DNA from: an uncultured Nitrososphaerota archaeon
GTDB taxonomy: Archaea > Thermoproteota > EX4484-205 > JAAOZO01
Direction of reading: 5' to 3'
NCBI GenBank assembly: GCA_964408285.1
Contig: CAYOYV010000012.1
Location: 1-16,585, forward strand
Length of the DNA stretch: 16,585 bases
Shown: piece after piece, positions 8,768-16,585 of the stretch
Numbering within the stretch: the stretch's first letter is position 1
How the letters are laid out: every line of letters begins with the position of its first letter
Program-made: the position numbers and the translations under genes
The notes under the pieces: generated by a model
Databases searched by the model: none
What the model saw: only the letters and a program-made list of their open reading frames with translations
Told to the model about the DNA's origin: nothing

Positions 8768-8898
8768 CTATTCAAAAACGCTGAGTATTCGTAGGTTCAG
8801 GGGCAAAAACCTTGGCGGTGCATTCCTGTGGCTTAGTCGCGGACCGGTCGACGAGAAGCCAGAAGAAACAACTTCATCCAATATTCAGAATCGTTGTC
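8768..8898. repeat. Copy B of the ~131-bp direct repeat
   Basis: Shares CTATTCAAAA, GGCTTA, CCAGAAGAAAC, AATATTC and GAATCGT blocks with 7216-7346, in the same order and orientation. Confidence 0.9.
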
Positions 8899-8988
8899 AG
8901 CGGAAGCGGGCGAATCTGCTGTCACTCACCGAGATGTAGATCGGTCATCGCACCCTTATCAATCGTACAGCTCCGAAGGGCTTGAGGA

Positions 8989-9558
8989 ATGACGGAGGCG
9001 AAGGGGCTGGAATGCATTTGGGTCGCGAACACGATATTGGCCATTATCTTCTTCGTCCTTGGCCTTGTGCTTTTCTCGGGCGTTGCGCGTTCAATCGTGG
9101 GAGAGTGGCTTGCGGGCGTATTTCTGCTTGCTGGTTTTGTTCTATTGCTCTTGGGTAGAGAGGGATTTCTCATGGACTTCACTGATCCGAGTGTGAGGAG
9201 GTTCTCGATTTCGTGGGGAATTTATGGAGTTCTCTTCTCCTCAATCTGCATTTTTGCCATCATTGGAGGTAACATGACTGGGATGCCAGCACTTTTTTTC
9301 TTCCTTGTTGCTGTGGTAATGGCAGTTTCGGCCAATCTACTGATTCAAAGGAGAAAGCTTGGGTGGTTGTTGTCGCTTCTGGCTGCCGCGTTTTGGATGC
9401 TGGCCGGAGCCAGTACCGTTGTATACTCCTTCTTGGAGTCCACCAAGACTCCTGGATTCGAGATCGCGGCTGTCATTTCATTTGCCCTCTTGTTCTTGCC
9501 TGGTGTACTCATTTGTTACTATCTCACAAGACCTAACATCAGAAAGCAATTCGAATAG
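8989..9558 (+). CDS. Hypothetical membrane protein (~6 TM)
   Basis: Hydrophobic 189-aa ORF ending YYLTRPNIRKQF, a C-terminal pattern common in small archaeal membrane proteins. Confidence 0.75.
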   Translation: MTEAKGLECIWVANTILAIIFFVLGLVLFSGVARSIVGEWLAGVFLLAGFVLLLLGREGFLMDFTDPSVRRFSISWGIYGVLFSSICIFAIIGGNMTGMPALFFFLVAVVMAVSANLLIQRRKLGWLLSLLAAAFWMLAGASTVVYSFLESTKTPGFEIAAVISFALLFLPGVLICYYLTRPNIRKQFE

Positions 9559-9871
9559 AGCATCTGAGGTATTGGATGGCTCTCGCGCGACAAGTACAGC
9601 GATATTGTTTTTTGTCCTTACTCGTATCTCAGAAGCGCGTGCGCCTTCTTATGATTGGAACCGTAAAATCCTATAGGTTCCTGTCGCAATGCTTTCCTGA
9701 TAAAATAGGGAGGAGCGCGGAGGAGCATTTGGGTAGATCCCAGAAGCGGCTATGCTGATTCCGGAGGAGCGAGGTGCATTTCCGCCAAGGAACAAAGAAT
9801 CCTCACGGGAATTCGCCGCGGTATCCTCTTTGAAGTGTGAGAACGCGCGCGTTCAGGATTTCGTGCGCTAT

Positions 9872-10114
9872 TCATGCCGTCTGCGCTGTCGGAGGTGGCG
9901 TCGGCTGCGCTGATCCGATCGGCCTTTCTGGGATAACAAGCCACGCGATTATGTAGAACAGTATGCCAGCGCCACCGGCCAAGGTGAATATGATCAAGAC
10001 GAGCCTTATGATTGTCGGGTCAACGTTAATGTGCTCCCCTATGCCGCCACAGACCCCTCCGAGCATCCTATTCGTCGTGGATCTGTAGAGCCTCTTCCCT
10101 TCAGTAGAAGCCAT
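9872..10114 (-). CDS. pspC: PspC-domain protein
   Basis: KRLYRS...RMLGGVCGGIGE...DPT.IR...YIIAW.VIP is the PspC signature. TATA CTTAAAAT is at 10139-10146. Confidence 0.93.
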   Translation of the reverse strand: MASTEGKRLYRSTTNRMLGGVCGGIGEHINVDPTIIRLVLIIFTLAGGAGILFYIIAWLVIPERPIGSAQPTPPPTAQTA

Positions 10115-10256
10115 TTGTTCCAGCCTTTCGATGCCGGGATTTTAAGGATTTAGGACGCACTGTTAGTGCACGCAGTTGGATGTCTTCACGTTATCGCACG
10201 GTGAAGGATAGGTGATTGGAAGGCATATATCCCTTCAAGGATTCGCACTCGCAATC

Positions 10257-11633
10257 ATGAGCTCCTCTGCGGACAAGAGACGGGAGTCTTCCTGGGCAAG
10301 CCGGCTAGCTTACTCCGTAGGAGCGATCCCTTCTGCCTTGCCCTATAGCGCCATCGCCTCGTACTTTCTTTTTTACTACGAGCTGACTTTGGGCCTTAAC
10401 GTTCAATACTTCACCCTGCTTTGGGTGATTTATTCAATCTGGAATGCGATAAACGATCCACTTGCCGGTTACATAATGGACAGGACTAGGACTAGATGGG
10501 GGAGAAGGACTCCTCACATTCTGTTCTGGGCAATACCCTGCGGACTGCTCTTCTTCCTGATATGGTTCGTTCCCTTCAAGGATCCATTCCAGATATTCAT
10601 GTACGGCCTGTTGGTCATATGTCTCTACGATGCGGCATGGACGTTCGCCCTGGGAGCGTGGAACGCGCTCTACGCCGAAATGTATGAAACGACCGGAGAA
10701 AGGGCAAACGTCGTCATGGTGAAGGATGCCATAGCGTTTCTGTCGTCAGCTGTGGGAATGATGATCCCGCCCGTGCTCGCAGCGACCTTCGGATGGCCAG
10801 GTATGGGAGCGATAATAGGAATCACGATACCGATAACGCTGTTCATATCTCTCCTCGGCACAAAGGAGAAAGCCGAATACAGCATCGAGGAGCCGCTAGG
10901 GTTAGTTTCCGCCATCAAGAGCACTTTCGAAAATAAGCCCTTCCTGTACTCAGCTTTTCTCCTCATTATGACGGAGTACGCTTTTGGGACATTGACCATG
11001 ATTCTGCCGATATATGGCAGGTTTGTCTTGGGCCTGAAAGTGGAAGAGACTGGCTTTACGATGATAGGCGTTGTCATCGCAGTGTTACTGGGATTGCCGT
11101 TCTGGAGCTATATGTACAAGAGACTCGGGGAGAAAACAACCTTTCTCCTCACAACTGGGGTCTTCGCGGTTGGGCTCATCCCGATCTTCGTTGCCTCCGA
11201 CATGACCCAGCTGGTGTTGCTATCAATTGTGCCGGGCTTCGGCGTTTCAGGGACGTTGATGTCTGAGCCTGTCTTGAGCATTGTTATAGACTACGATGAG
11301 ACCGTGACGGGTAAGAGGCGCGAGGCAATGTACAGCGGCATCCTCACTTTCATATCTAGGCTGACCTTGGTGCTAACTGGCCTAACTCAACTCGTGGTTC
11401 AAACGACCACCGGCTTCATACCGGATGTGAATGCGGTCCAGCCAGCGGGTGCATTGATAGGTCTCAAATTGACCATCTCGCTTTTTCCGTGCCTAGCCCT
11501 GCTCCTAGGGCTGCTCGTTTTCACGCGATTCCCTTTGACGAAACAGGAAGTTTCGAAGATGAGGGCCAAGCTAGAAGAGATTCATATCGAGAAAAGGAGG
11601 AAGCTCGAGGAGACTTCTCGCCAAACCACGTGA
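10257..11633 (+). CDS. MFS transporter, glycoside-pentoside-hexuronide (MelB/GPH) family
   Basis: WNAINDPLAGYIMDRTRTRWGRR, ER in the loop after TM4, and IDYDE..TGKRREAMY motifs, with about 12 TM. The likely start is ATG 10257 (TATA-like CATATAT at 10224-10230). Confidence 0.92.
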   Translation: MSSSADKRRESSWASRLAYSVGAIPSALPYSAIASYFLFYYELTLGLNVQYFTLLWVIYSIWNAINDPLAGYIMDRTRTRWGRRTPHILFWAIPCGLLFFLIWFVPFKDPFQIFMYGLLVICLYDAAWTFALGAWNALYAEMYETTGERANVVMVKDAIAFLSSAVGMMIPPVLAATFGWPGMGAIIGITIPITLFISLLGTKEKAEYSIEEPLGLVSAIKSTFENKPFLYSAFLLIMTEYAFGTLTMILPIYGRFVLGLKVEETGFTMIGVVIAVLLGLPFWSYMYKRLGEKTTFLLTTGVFAVGLIPIFVASDMTQLVLLSIVPGFGVSGTLMSEPVLSIVIDYDETVTGKRREAMYSGILTFISRLTLVLTGLTQLVVQTTTGFIPDVNAVQPAGALIGLKLTISLFPCLALLLGLLVFTRFPLTKQEVSKMRAKLEEIHIEKRRKLEETSRQTT

Positions 11634-11752
11634 AACCTTTATCATATGGAGATGGATAAGCCCCAAGAGCGCGTACGATATCCGACAATCTATAAACAAT
11701 TTGCCTCAGCATTCACCGTTAGGAGAGGAATAATAGCTATACTACAGTCTTT

Positions 11753-12571
11753 TCATCTCGCTGCCTTTCCAAGTTGGTAGTGGAAAATACCTGACGCTTT
11801 AGCCAACGGCGGAATGTGGCGCATCCATTGATGACCCAAGCGCGGCTCCGGACGGTCGAAGTAGAACCACTCATCCAACAGGCGGATGCCGTTGGCCCAG
11901 CCTTCCAGATCTTTGCCGTGTTTCAATCCCCAGTGAAAGCGGGCCCCGATTTTGGAGAAGGCGAGTTTGAGGTTGCTCGTCCAGACCATGAACGGGTTCA
12001 CGGCATCGCAGACCAACTCGGAGCCAGGGAAACGTTCCTTCAACGTCAACACCAACGATTTGACCTGTGCTTCTTCAAAGTATTGCAAAACCCCCTCGGC
12101 CAGAAAGAGAAAAGCAGACTGACGATGGGCACTTACAGTGTTCAGCCAAGTGTTATCGAGTACAGAACAGGCCAAGAGATGATAGCGCGCCCCTTCGTCC
12201 CCTATGAGCTTTCGGCGCAGTTCGATGACATCCGGCAAGTCAAGGTCATACCATTCCGCCTTGCCGTTATCCACGCGCTCAAAACGAGTATCTAGGCCGC
12301 ATCCGATGTGGACAACGACCCCCTCCGGGTATTTTGCTAGAAAATCCCGTGCATGGCGGTCTAATTCTCTTGTACGCAGGACAATGGATACTTGGTCATC
12401 CTCTCCGAACTTGAACCTCGAGAAATCATAGTCTATCCGCTTTACCAACGCAACGGCTTTCTCGTCTCTGATCAGAGCATCGGGGCGCTGTGATTCAGTG
12501 GCTCTAAGGTAAATCGTCGTGAGCAAAGTTTCAGACACACCACTTAGTGCTTGAGAACTGATATCTGGCAC
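11753..12571 (-). CDS. Class I SAM-dependent methyltransferase, leucine-carboxyl-MTase/TcmP-like family
   Basis: GVSETLL..IY.RA.E, VVHIGCGLDTRFER, WYDLDLPDVIELRR and FLAEGVL.Y. The likely start is GTG 12571 (the ORF track extends to 12640). Confidence 0.9.
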   Translation of the reverse strand: MPDISSQALSGVSETLLTTIYLRATESQRPDALIRDEKAVALVKRIDYDFSRFKFGEDDQVSIVLRTRELDRHARDFLAKYPEGVVVHIGCGLDTRFERVDNGKAEWYDLDLPDVIELRRKLIGDEGARYHLLACSVLDNTWLNTVSAHRQSAFLFLAEGVLQYFEEAQVKSLVLTLKERFPGSELVCDAVNPFMVWTSNLKLAFSKIGARFHWGLKHGKDLEGWANGIRLLDEWFYFDRPEPRLGHQWMRHIPPLAKASGIFHYQLGKAAR

Positions 12572-12825
12572 GTTTATGATCCTTGAGATCAAAAGCGGAG
12601 CTTCCTTAAATCGATATCTTTCAGCTTTACTTTGTGTCAAATCGCCTCGATTCTTCAGTGGTTCGACCGATTGCGAAGATCATATATCGCGCGGCTTCCA
12701 AACGGGATTTCACTCTTCCTGCCTAGTGGGCCCCCCGTGCTTTTCAGAGTCCAGGCGGGAGTCTTGCGGAATTTAGCTTGGCACTAGTGTCTACCGCGAC
12801 GCCGTGTCTCAATTAGGAGATAATG

Positions 12826-12833
12826 TTTTAAAC
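12826..12833 (+). promoter_or_regulatory. Putative TATA box (TTTTAAAC) of the proBA operon
   Basis: Consensus-like TATA ~45 nt upstream of ATG 12879. Confidence 0.55.
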
Positions 12834-12878
12834 GAATGTTCATGCAGTCCGGTTCAAGTGGCTCGGTAGTTGGGTAGA

Positions 12879-13754
12879 ATGGGCACGGTAATAGTCAAGG
12901 TTGGCACAAAGGTTCTCACAAATTCCCGGGGCTGGATAAGTCCGAGCGGAATAAAGCGCATAGTTCAGCAAGTAGCCGAGAACCGGCGAAGTGCCTCCTC
13001 GTTCATAATCGTCACGTCTGGCGCCATTGCTAGCGGGCTCTCTAAGCTTGCGATAAACGCTTCTCCAGAAGATCTTTCGCTCACGATGAAGCAGGTTTGC
13101 GCGGCAATAGGGCAACCTTCCTTGATGCATCTATACAATCGTTACTTGAGCAAATGTGGGATAGAGGTCGCTCAGATCCTCCTGACAGAGGAGGATTTGG
13201 CGAACAAGCACCGATACAGGAATTTCTGGAGAACTCTTACTGCTCTTCTTAAGAAAGGAGTCATCCCCATAATAAACGAAAATGATGCCATATCTATCAA
13301 GGAGCTCGTCCCAGTTAACCCCCGTGTACCAGACTCCGTAAGATTCGGAGATAACGATAGACTCTCCGCGATAATCGCGTCTAGAGTAGGAGCGGACCTG
13401 CTCGTCATACTGACCGACGTCGACGGATTCATGATGCCAACACCAGACGGGGGTCTCAAACTGGTCAACGAGATGAAGAGGATCAATAAGAATACACTAT
13501 CCTATGCAGGTGGTTCGAGTAGGTTGGGATTAGGAGGAATGCTCTCAAAACTTCAGGCAGCCAGAATAGCATCGCGTTCCGGTGTTACAACTGTGATAGC
13601 AAATGGACACCGACGAGACATATTGACAAGAATAATGCGAGGGGAGCGAGTTGGCACCCTAATCAAGCCCGCACCAGGCAAAAGCCAAAAGAAACCTGAG
13701 AGGATAGTGGTTGATAGTTTAAGCCATGACGCTAGTAGAAGAAGAGGTCCTTGA
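12879..13754 (+). CDS. proB: Glutamate 5-kinase, without a PUA domain
   Basis: IVKVGT, VTSGAI, AAIGQ, AQILLT, PIINEND, FGDND.LSA, LTDVDG and GGM.SKL.AA motifs. Confidence 0.95.
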   Translation: MGTVIVKVGTKVLTNSRGWISPSGIKRIVQQVAENRRSASSFIIVTSGAIASGLSKLAINASPEDLSLTMKQVCAAIGQPSLMHLYNRYLSKCGIEVAQILLTEEDLANKHRYRNFWRTLTALLKKGVIPIINENDAISIKELVPVNPRVPDSVRFGDNDRLSAIIASRVGADLLVILTDVDGFMMPTPDGGLKLVNEMKRINKNTLSYAGGSSRLGLGGMLSKLQAARIASRSGVTTVIANGHRRDILTRIMRGERVGTLIKPAPGKSQKKPERIVVDSLSHDASRRRGP

Positions 13755-14982
13755 GAAAGCCAAGGCGGCCAAGGGGGCCTCCCTGAAACTTGGAGTCTCC
13801 CCCTCAACTGCGAGGAACGAGGCTCTCAGGGCCATAACAGAGGCCCTACTCCTCAACATGGATCTAATACTCACTGAGAACCAGAAAGATGTCGCCGAAC
13901 TGAAGAAGAAGGATCCCAATTCGCCGATTATTGACAGGTTACTACTGAACCGGAAGAGAATCGAAGAAACGGTCGATGGATTGCGAGAAGTCATACAACT
14001 ACCTGATGCTTTGGGCGAGATAGTGGCTGGTTGGACGACAAGGCATGGTTTGGAAATCAGGAAGGTCCGTGTCCCCTTAGGAGTAATAGCAGTGATATAT
14101 GAAGCTAGGCCGAACGTAACGATTGACATTGTAGGCTTGGCAATAAAGTCCGGCAACGCTGTCATCTTGAGAGGCGGTTCCGAAGCGATTAATTCCAACA
14201 AGGCTTTGGTTCGAGTGATAAAGGAAGCCATAAGGGGATTGATTCCCGAAGGGGCCATTCAACTCATTGAGAATACTGATAGGACGCTCGTGAACAGGTT
14301 GCTCGAGTTGTATGATTACGTGGATGTAGTCATACCCCGGGGAAGCGCCCAACTAATCAAGTTCGTCAGGGAGAACTCACGCATCCCAATAATAGAGACG
14401 GGCGCCGGGAACGTGCACATATTCGTTAACCATGATGCTGACCTCGACATGGCAACAAGGATAATCATCAACGCCAAAGTGCAGAGGCCATCCGTCTGCA
14501 ATGCGGTCAGGAAGGTCCTCGTCCATGGAAGTATCGCTCAGACCTATTTGCCTGAGTTGGTGAATGCACTTAGGAAATATCACGTCATAGTCAAGGGATG
14601 CGAAGCATGCAGAAAGATAGAACCTACGATTATGGAGGCAGCGGAAGCAGATTGGTATGAGGAATACATGGACCTCACATTGGCAGTAAAGATCGTCCCC
14701 TCTGTAGCTGAGGCGATTGATCACATAAACAAGTATGGGACCCACCATTCTGATGCAATAATAACATCCAACATCGACGACGCAAATCTCTTTGCCTCGC
14801 TGGTTGACTCATCAACGGTATATGTAAATGCCTCCACGAGATTCACTGATGGCAACCAGTTCGGCTTTGGTGCTGAGGTCGGCATAAGCACCCAGAAGCT
14901 CCATGCCAGGGGCCCAATGGGATTGAAGGAACTCACGACAACAAAGTATGTGGTGTTCGGAAATGGCCAAGTTAGGGAGTAG
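13726..14982 (+). CDS. proA: Gamma-glutamyl phosphate reductase
   Basis: VPLGVI..IYEARPNVT, KSGNA.ILRGGSEA, IPRG, catalytic SVCNA, HSDAI, NASTRFTDG and STQKLHARGP. Confidence 0.97.
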   Translation: MTLVEEEVLEKAKAAKGASLKLGVSPSTARNEALRAITEALLLNMDLILTENQKDVAELKKKDPNSPIIDRLLLNRKRIEETVDGLREVIQLPDALGEIVAGWTTRHGLEIRKVRVPLGVIAVIYEARPNVTIDIVGLAIKSGNAVILRGGSEAINSNKALVRVIKEAIRGLIPEGAIQLIENTDRTLVNRLLELYDYVDVVIPRGSAQLIKFVRENSRIPIIETGAGNVHIFVNHDADLDMATRIIINAKVQRPSVCNAVRKVLVHGSIAQTYLPELVNALRKYHVIVKGCEACRKIEPTIMEAAEADWYEEYMDLTLAVKIVPSVAEAIDHINKYGTHHSDAIITSNIDDANLFASLVDSSTVYVNASTRFTDGNQFGFGAEVGISTQKLHARGPMGLKELTTTKYVVFGNGQVRE

Positions 14983-15002
14983 GCCTTTGTTCGGGCCGGA
15001 CG

Positions 15003-15854
15003 ATGGGTCGGATATTGAATGAATCAGAATTTCTAAATGAAGCAATCAGTAAATCAAGAAAGTGGGTGGCTGGAAGAACCAGAGAAGAAGCACTAGAAGC
15101 GGTTTCTGAGCTGAATAGAGGCGGCATCATAGCGACGGTTAGTTTCCTTGGAGAAGATCTGAAGGATTTACCTCGAATTCAGAGCCATCTCTCAGAATAC
15201 AGGTCACTAATACAGAGCATTTCTGCGAGCAATCTCAAGGCCAACATATCGGTGAAACCATCTACCATGGGCATTTCCCTGCGGCCGAGCCTATTCCTAC
15301 AAAATCTTGAGCACTTGCTCAAGGACCTTTCGAAGAGCGCATCGATTGAACTCGTAGTGGATTCGGAGGGACAAAGTTTGGTTTCTAGTGCTTACGACGA
15401 GGCGGTGAAACTCCTGAGGTTAGGCTATGAATTCAGAGTAACAGTCGCATGTAGATTCTACCCCGTCATAAAGGCCAAATTGGAGGAAATCGTAGATTCA
15501 GGGGGTAGGATTAGGATCACAAGGGGGGCCTATGAGGGAGGAGCAGGACTGCCATTTGTTAACTTCATTGAAGATATTCTCGAGCTACAACGAAGGACTA
15601 GGGATCCGATTTTGGCAACGAATAGTGTGCGAGTGATCAACTCACTCGAAGAACACGGCGTTTTGGAGGGATTCAGCGGATTTGAGACTCTATTGGGTAA
15701 GCATGTTGAGCTTGAACGTTACCTGAAGAGCAGGCGCTTGAGGACCTTGAGGTACATCCCTTACGGGGATAGCTGGATCGATTACTGTGCTAGGAGGGAG
15801 AAGTGGTTCTCCGAGAACGCCGGTGAGTTGAAGTCCATATTACTTCGAAGATGA
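15003..15854 (+). CDS. Divergent monofunctional proline dehydrogenase-fold protein
   Basis: WVAG.T.EEAL, FLGE, ISVK, DSE, R.TRGAY, ATNS and YIPYG..W..Y..RR are collinear with ProDH (PutB-type) motifs, several of them degenerate. Confidence 0.8.
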   Translation: MGRILNESEFLNEAISKSRKWVAGRTREEALEAVSELNRGGIIATVSFLGEDLKDLPRIQSHLSEYRSLIQSISASNLKANISVKPSTMGISLRPSLFLQNLEHLLKDLSKSASIELVVDSEGQSLVSSAYDEAVKLLRLGYEFRVTVACRFYPVIKAKLEEIVDSGGRIRITRGAYEGGAGLPFVNFIEDILELQRRTRDPILATNSVRVINSLEEHGVLEGFSGFETLLGKHVELERYLKSRRLRTLRYIPYGDSWIDYCARREKWFSENAGELKSILLRR

Positions 15855-15905
15855 GAATAGCGGACTCCCAAGCGAGAAGCTGGACTAAGTCAACCTAGCG
15901 CGATA

Positions 15906-16583
15906 TTAGATCGTTTTGTTGGCTTTTCGCCCGACAAAGAGGACGACCTTGGAATAATACCCCATACCTTCTTTCTGAATGTCCTTTCCGAATCTTTGCC
16001 AGACCGTCTCAAGGGGCTGAGCACTGATACCATAAATCTTTGGTACATTATCACAGACGGATCTAATCTCCTCCTTTGCCTGTTCTGGAGTGAGTTTCAT
16101 TCCAGTGTAGTACGCCTTTCTTTTCACCAGCTCTAACCCTGCTTTCTTGAGCATACTCTCGTATTCGCCTCCGCTCAGATATGTAGCATTGCAGACGTAG
16201 GAAAAAACCGCCACTTCCAGTCTCTGAGCTTCCGTTTCCATCTCTTCAGGGGGCATTACGGCAAAGCAGAAGTATCCGCCTGGCTTCAAGATTCTGCTCG
16301 CTTCAACGAAGGCCTTATTGACGCCTCCTTTTCCCCTCGTCATGTAGATCTCGTCCAATCCCGTGAAATTCGCTACCACATGAAACTCTCCTTCTGAAAA
16401 GCTCATATCTGTCGCGTCCATCTCAATGATCTCTATCTGGCCCTCAAGTCTCTGATTCTCAACGTTCGTCTTAGCTATTAGGACGTAGTATCGGGAGACA
16501 TCAATTCCTACGATCGTGAGGCTGCTCTCCCGCCTTGCGAGTTCTATCGCGAAATGTCCATCGCCCGTTGCAAGATCAAGAAT
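15906..16583 (-). CDS. Class I SAM-dependent methyltransferase (UbiE-like fold); 5' end lies outside the window
   Basis: The frame is open to the window edge. My translation gives ILDLATGDG (motif I), VGID, MDATDMSF..GEF and RILKPGG. Confidence 0.88.
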   Translation of the reverse strand: MLDLATGDGHFAIELARRESSLTIVGIDVSRYYVLIAKTNVENQRLEGQIEIIEMDATDMSFSEGEFHVVANFTGLDEIYMTRGKGGVNKAFVEASRILKPGGYFCFAVMPPEEMETEAQRLEVAVFSYVCNATYLSGGEYESMLKKAGLELVKRKAYYTGMKLTPEQAKEEIRSVCDNVPKIYGISAQPLETVWQRFGKDIQKEGMGYYSKVVLFVGRKANKTI

Positions 16584-16585
16584 TC

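Noticed and set aside
7216-8898. Canonical integron/attC array
   Set aside because: No integrase in the window, only two copies, ends do not fit RYYYAAC...GTTRRRY, and the enclosed gene has its own promoter. Kept only as an analogy.
9651-9700. Box C/D sRNA (ATGATTG...CTGA)
   Set aside because: Box C deviates from RUGAUGA and there are no credible internal C'/D' boxes.
9709-9770. CRISPR-like array from repeated GGAGGAGC
   Set aside because: The repeats are only 8-9 bp and irregularly spaced, and there are no cas genes.
11816-12431. Plus-strand ORFs over the methyltransferase
   Set aside because: Antisense shadows without recognisable domains.
13172-15045. Antisense ORFs over proB/proA (e.g. 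13719-14258)
   Set aside because: Shadow ORFs of well-conserved genes with no recognisable motifs.

Overview
Gene-dense region of an archaeon. TATA boxes lie ~25-45 nt before starts, several genes look leaderless, and a GAGGTGA Shine-Dalgarno is present; a TACK/Bathyarchaeia-like lineage is my inference only. In order, the genes are a partial alpha/beta hydrolase, an aldo-keto reductase, a TIGR04076-type protein, a GH31 (YicI-like) glycosidase, an ABC-2 exporter pair, two small membrane proteins, a GT-C-like polytopic protein, another membrane protein, PspC, a GPH-family MFS transporter, an LCM/TcmP-like methyltransferase, a proB-proA-proline-dehydrogenase-like operon and a partial class I methyltransferase. 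Three observations stand out. (1) A divergent ProDH-fold gene occupies the position where proC would complete the proBA pathway, so it may be a non-canonical P5C reductase. (2) A ~131-bp, ~80% identical, internally palindromic direct repeat brackets the GT-C-like gene like a cassette. (3) (CG)n tracts mark most intergenic boundaries, and all four (CG)4+ tracts I found are intergenic. I saw no rRNA, tRNA, CRISPR array, transposase or integrase.
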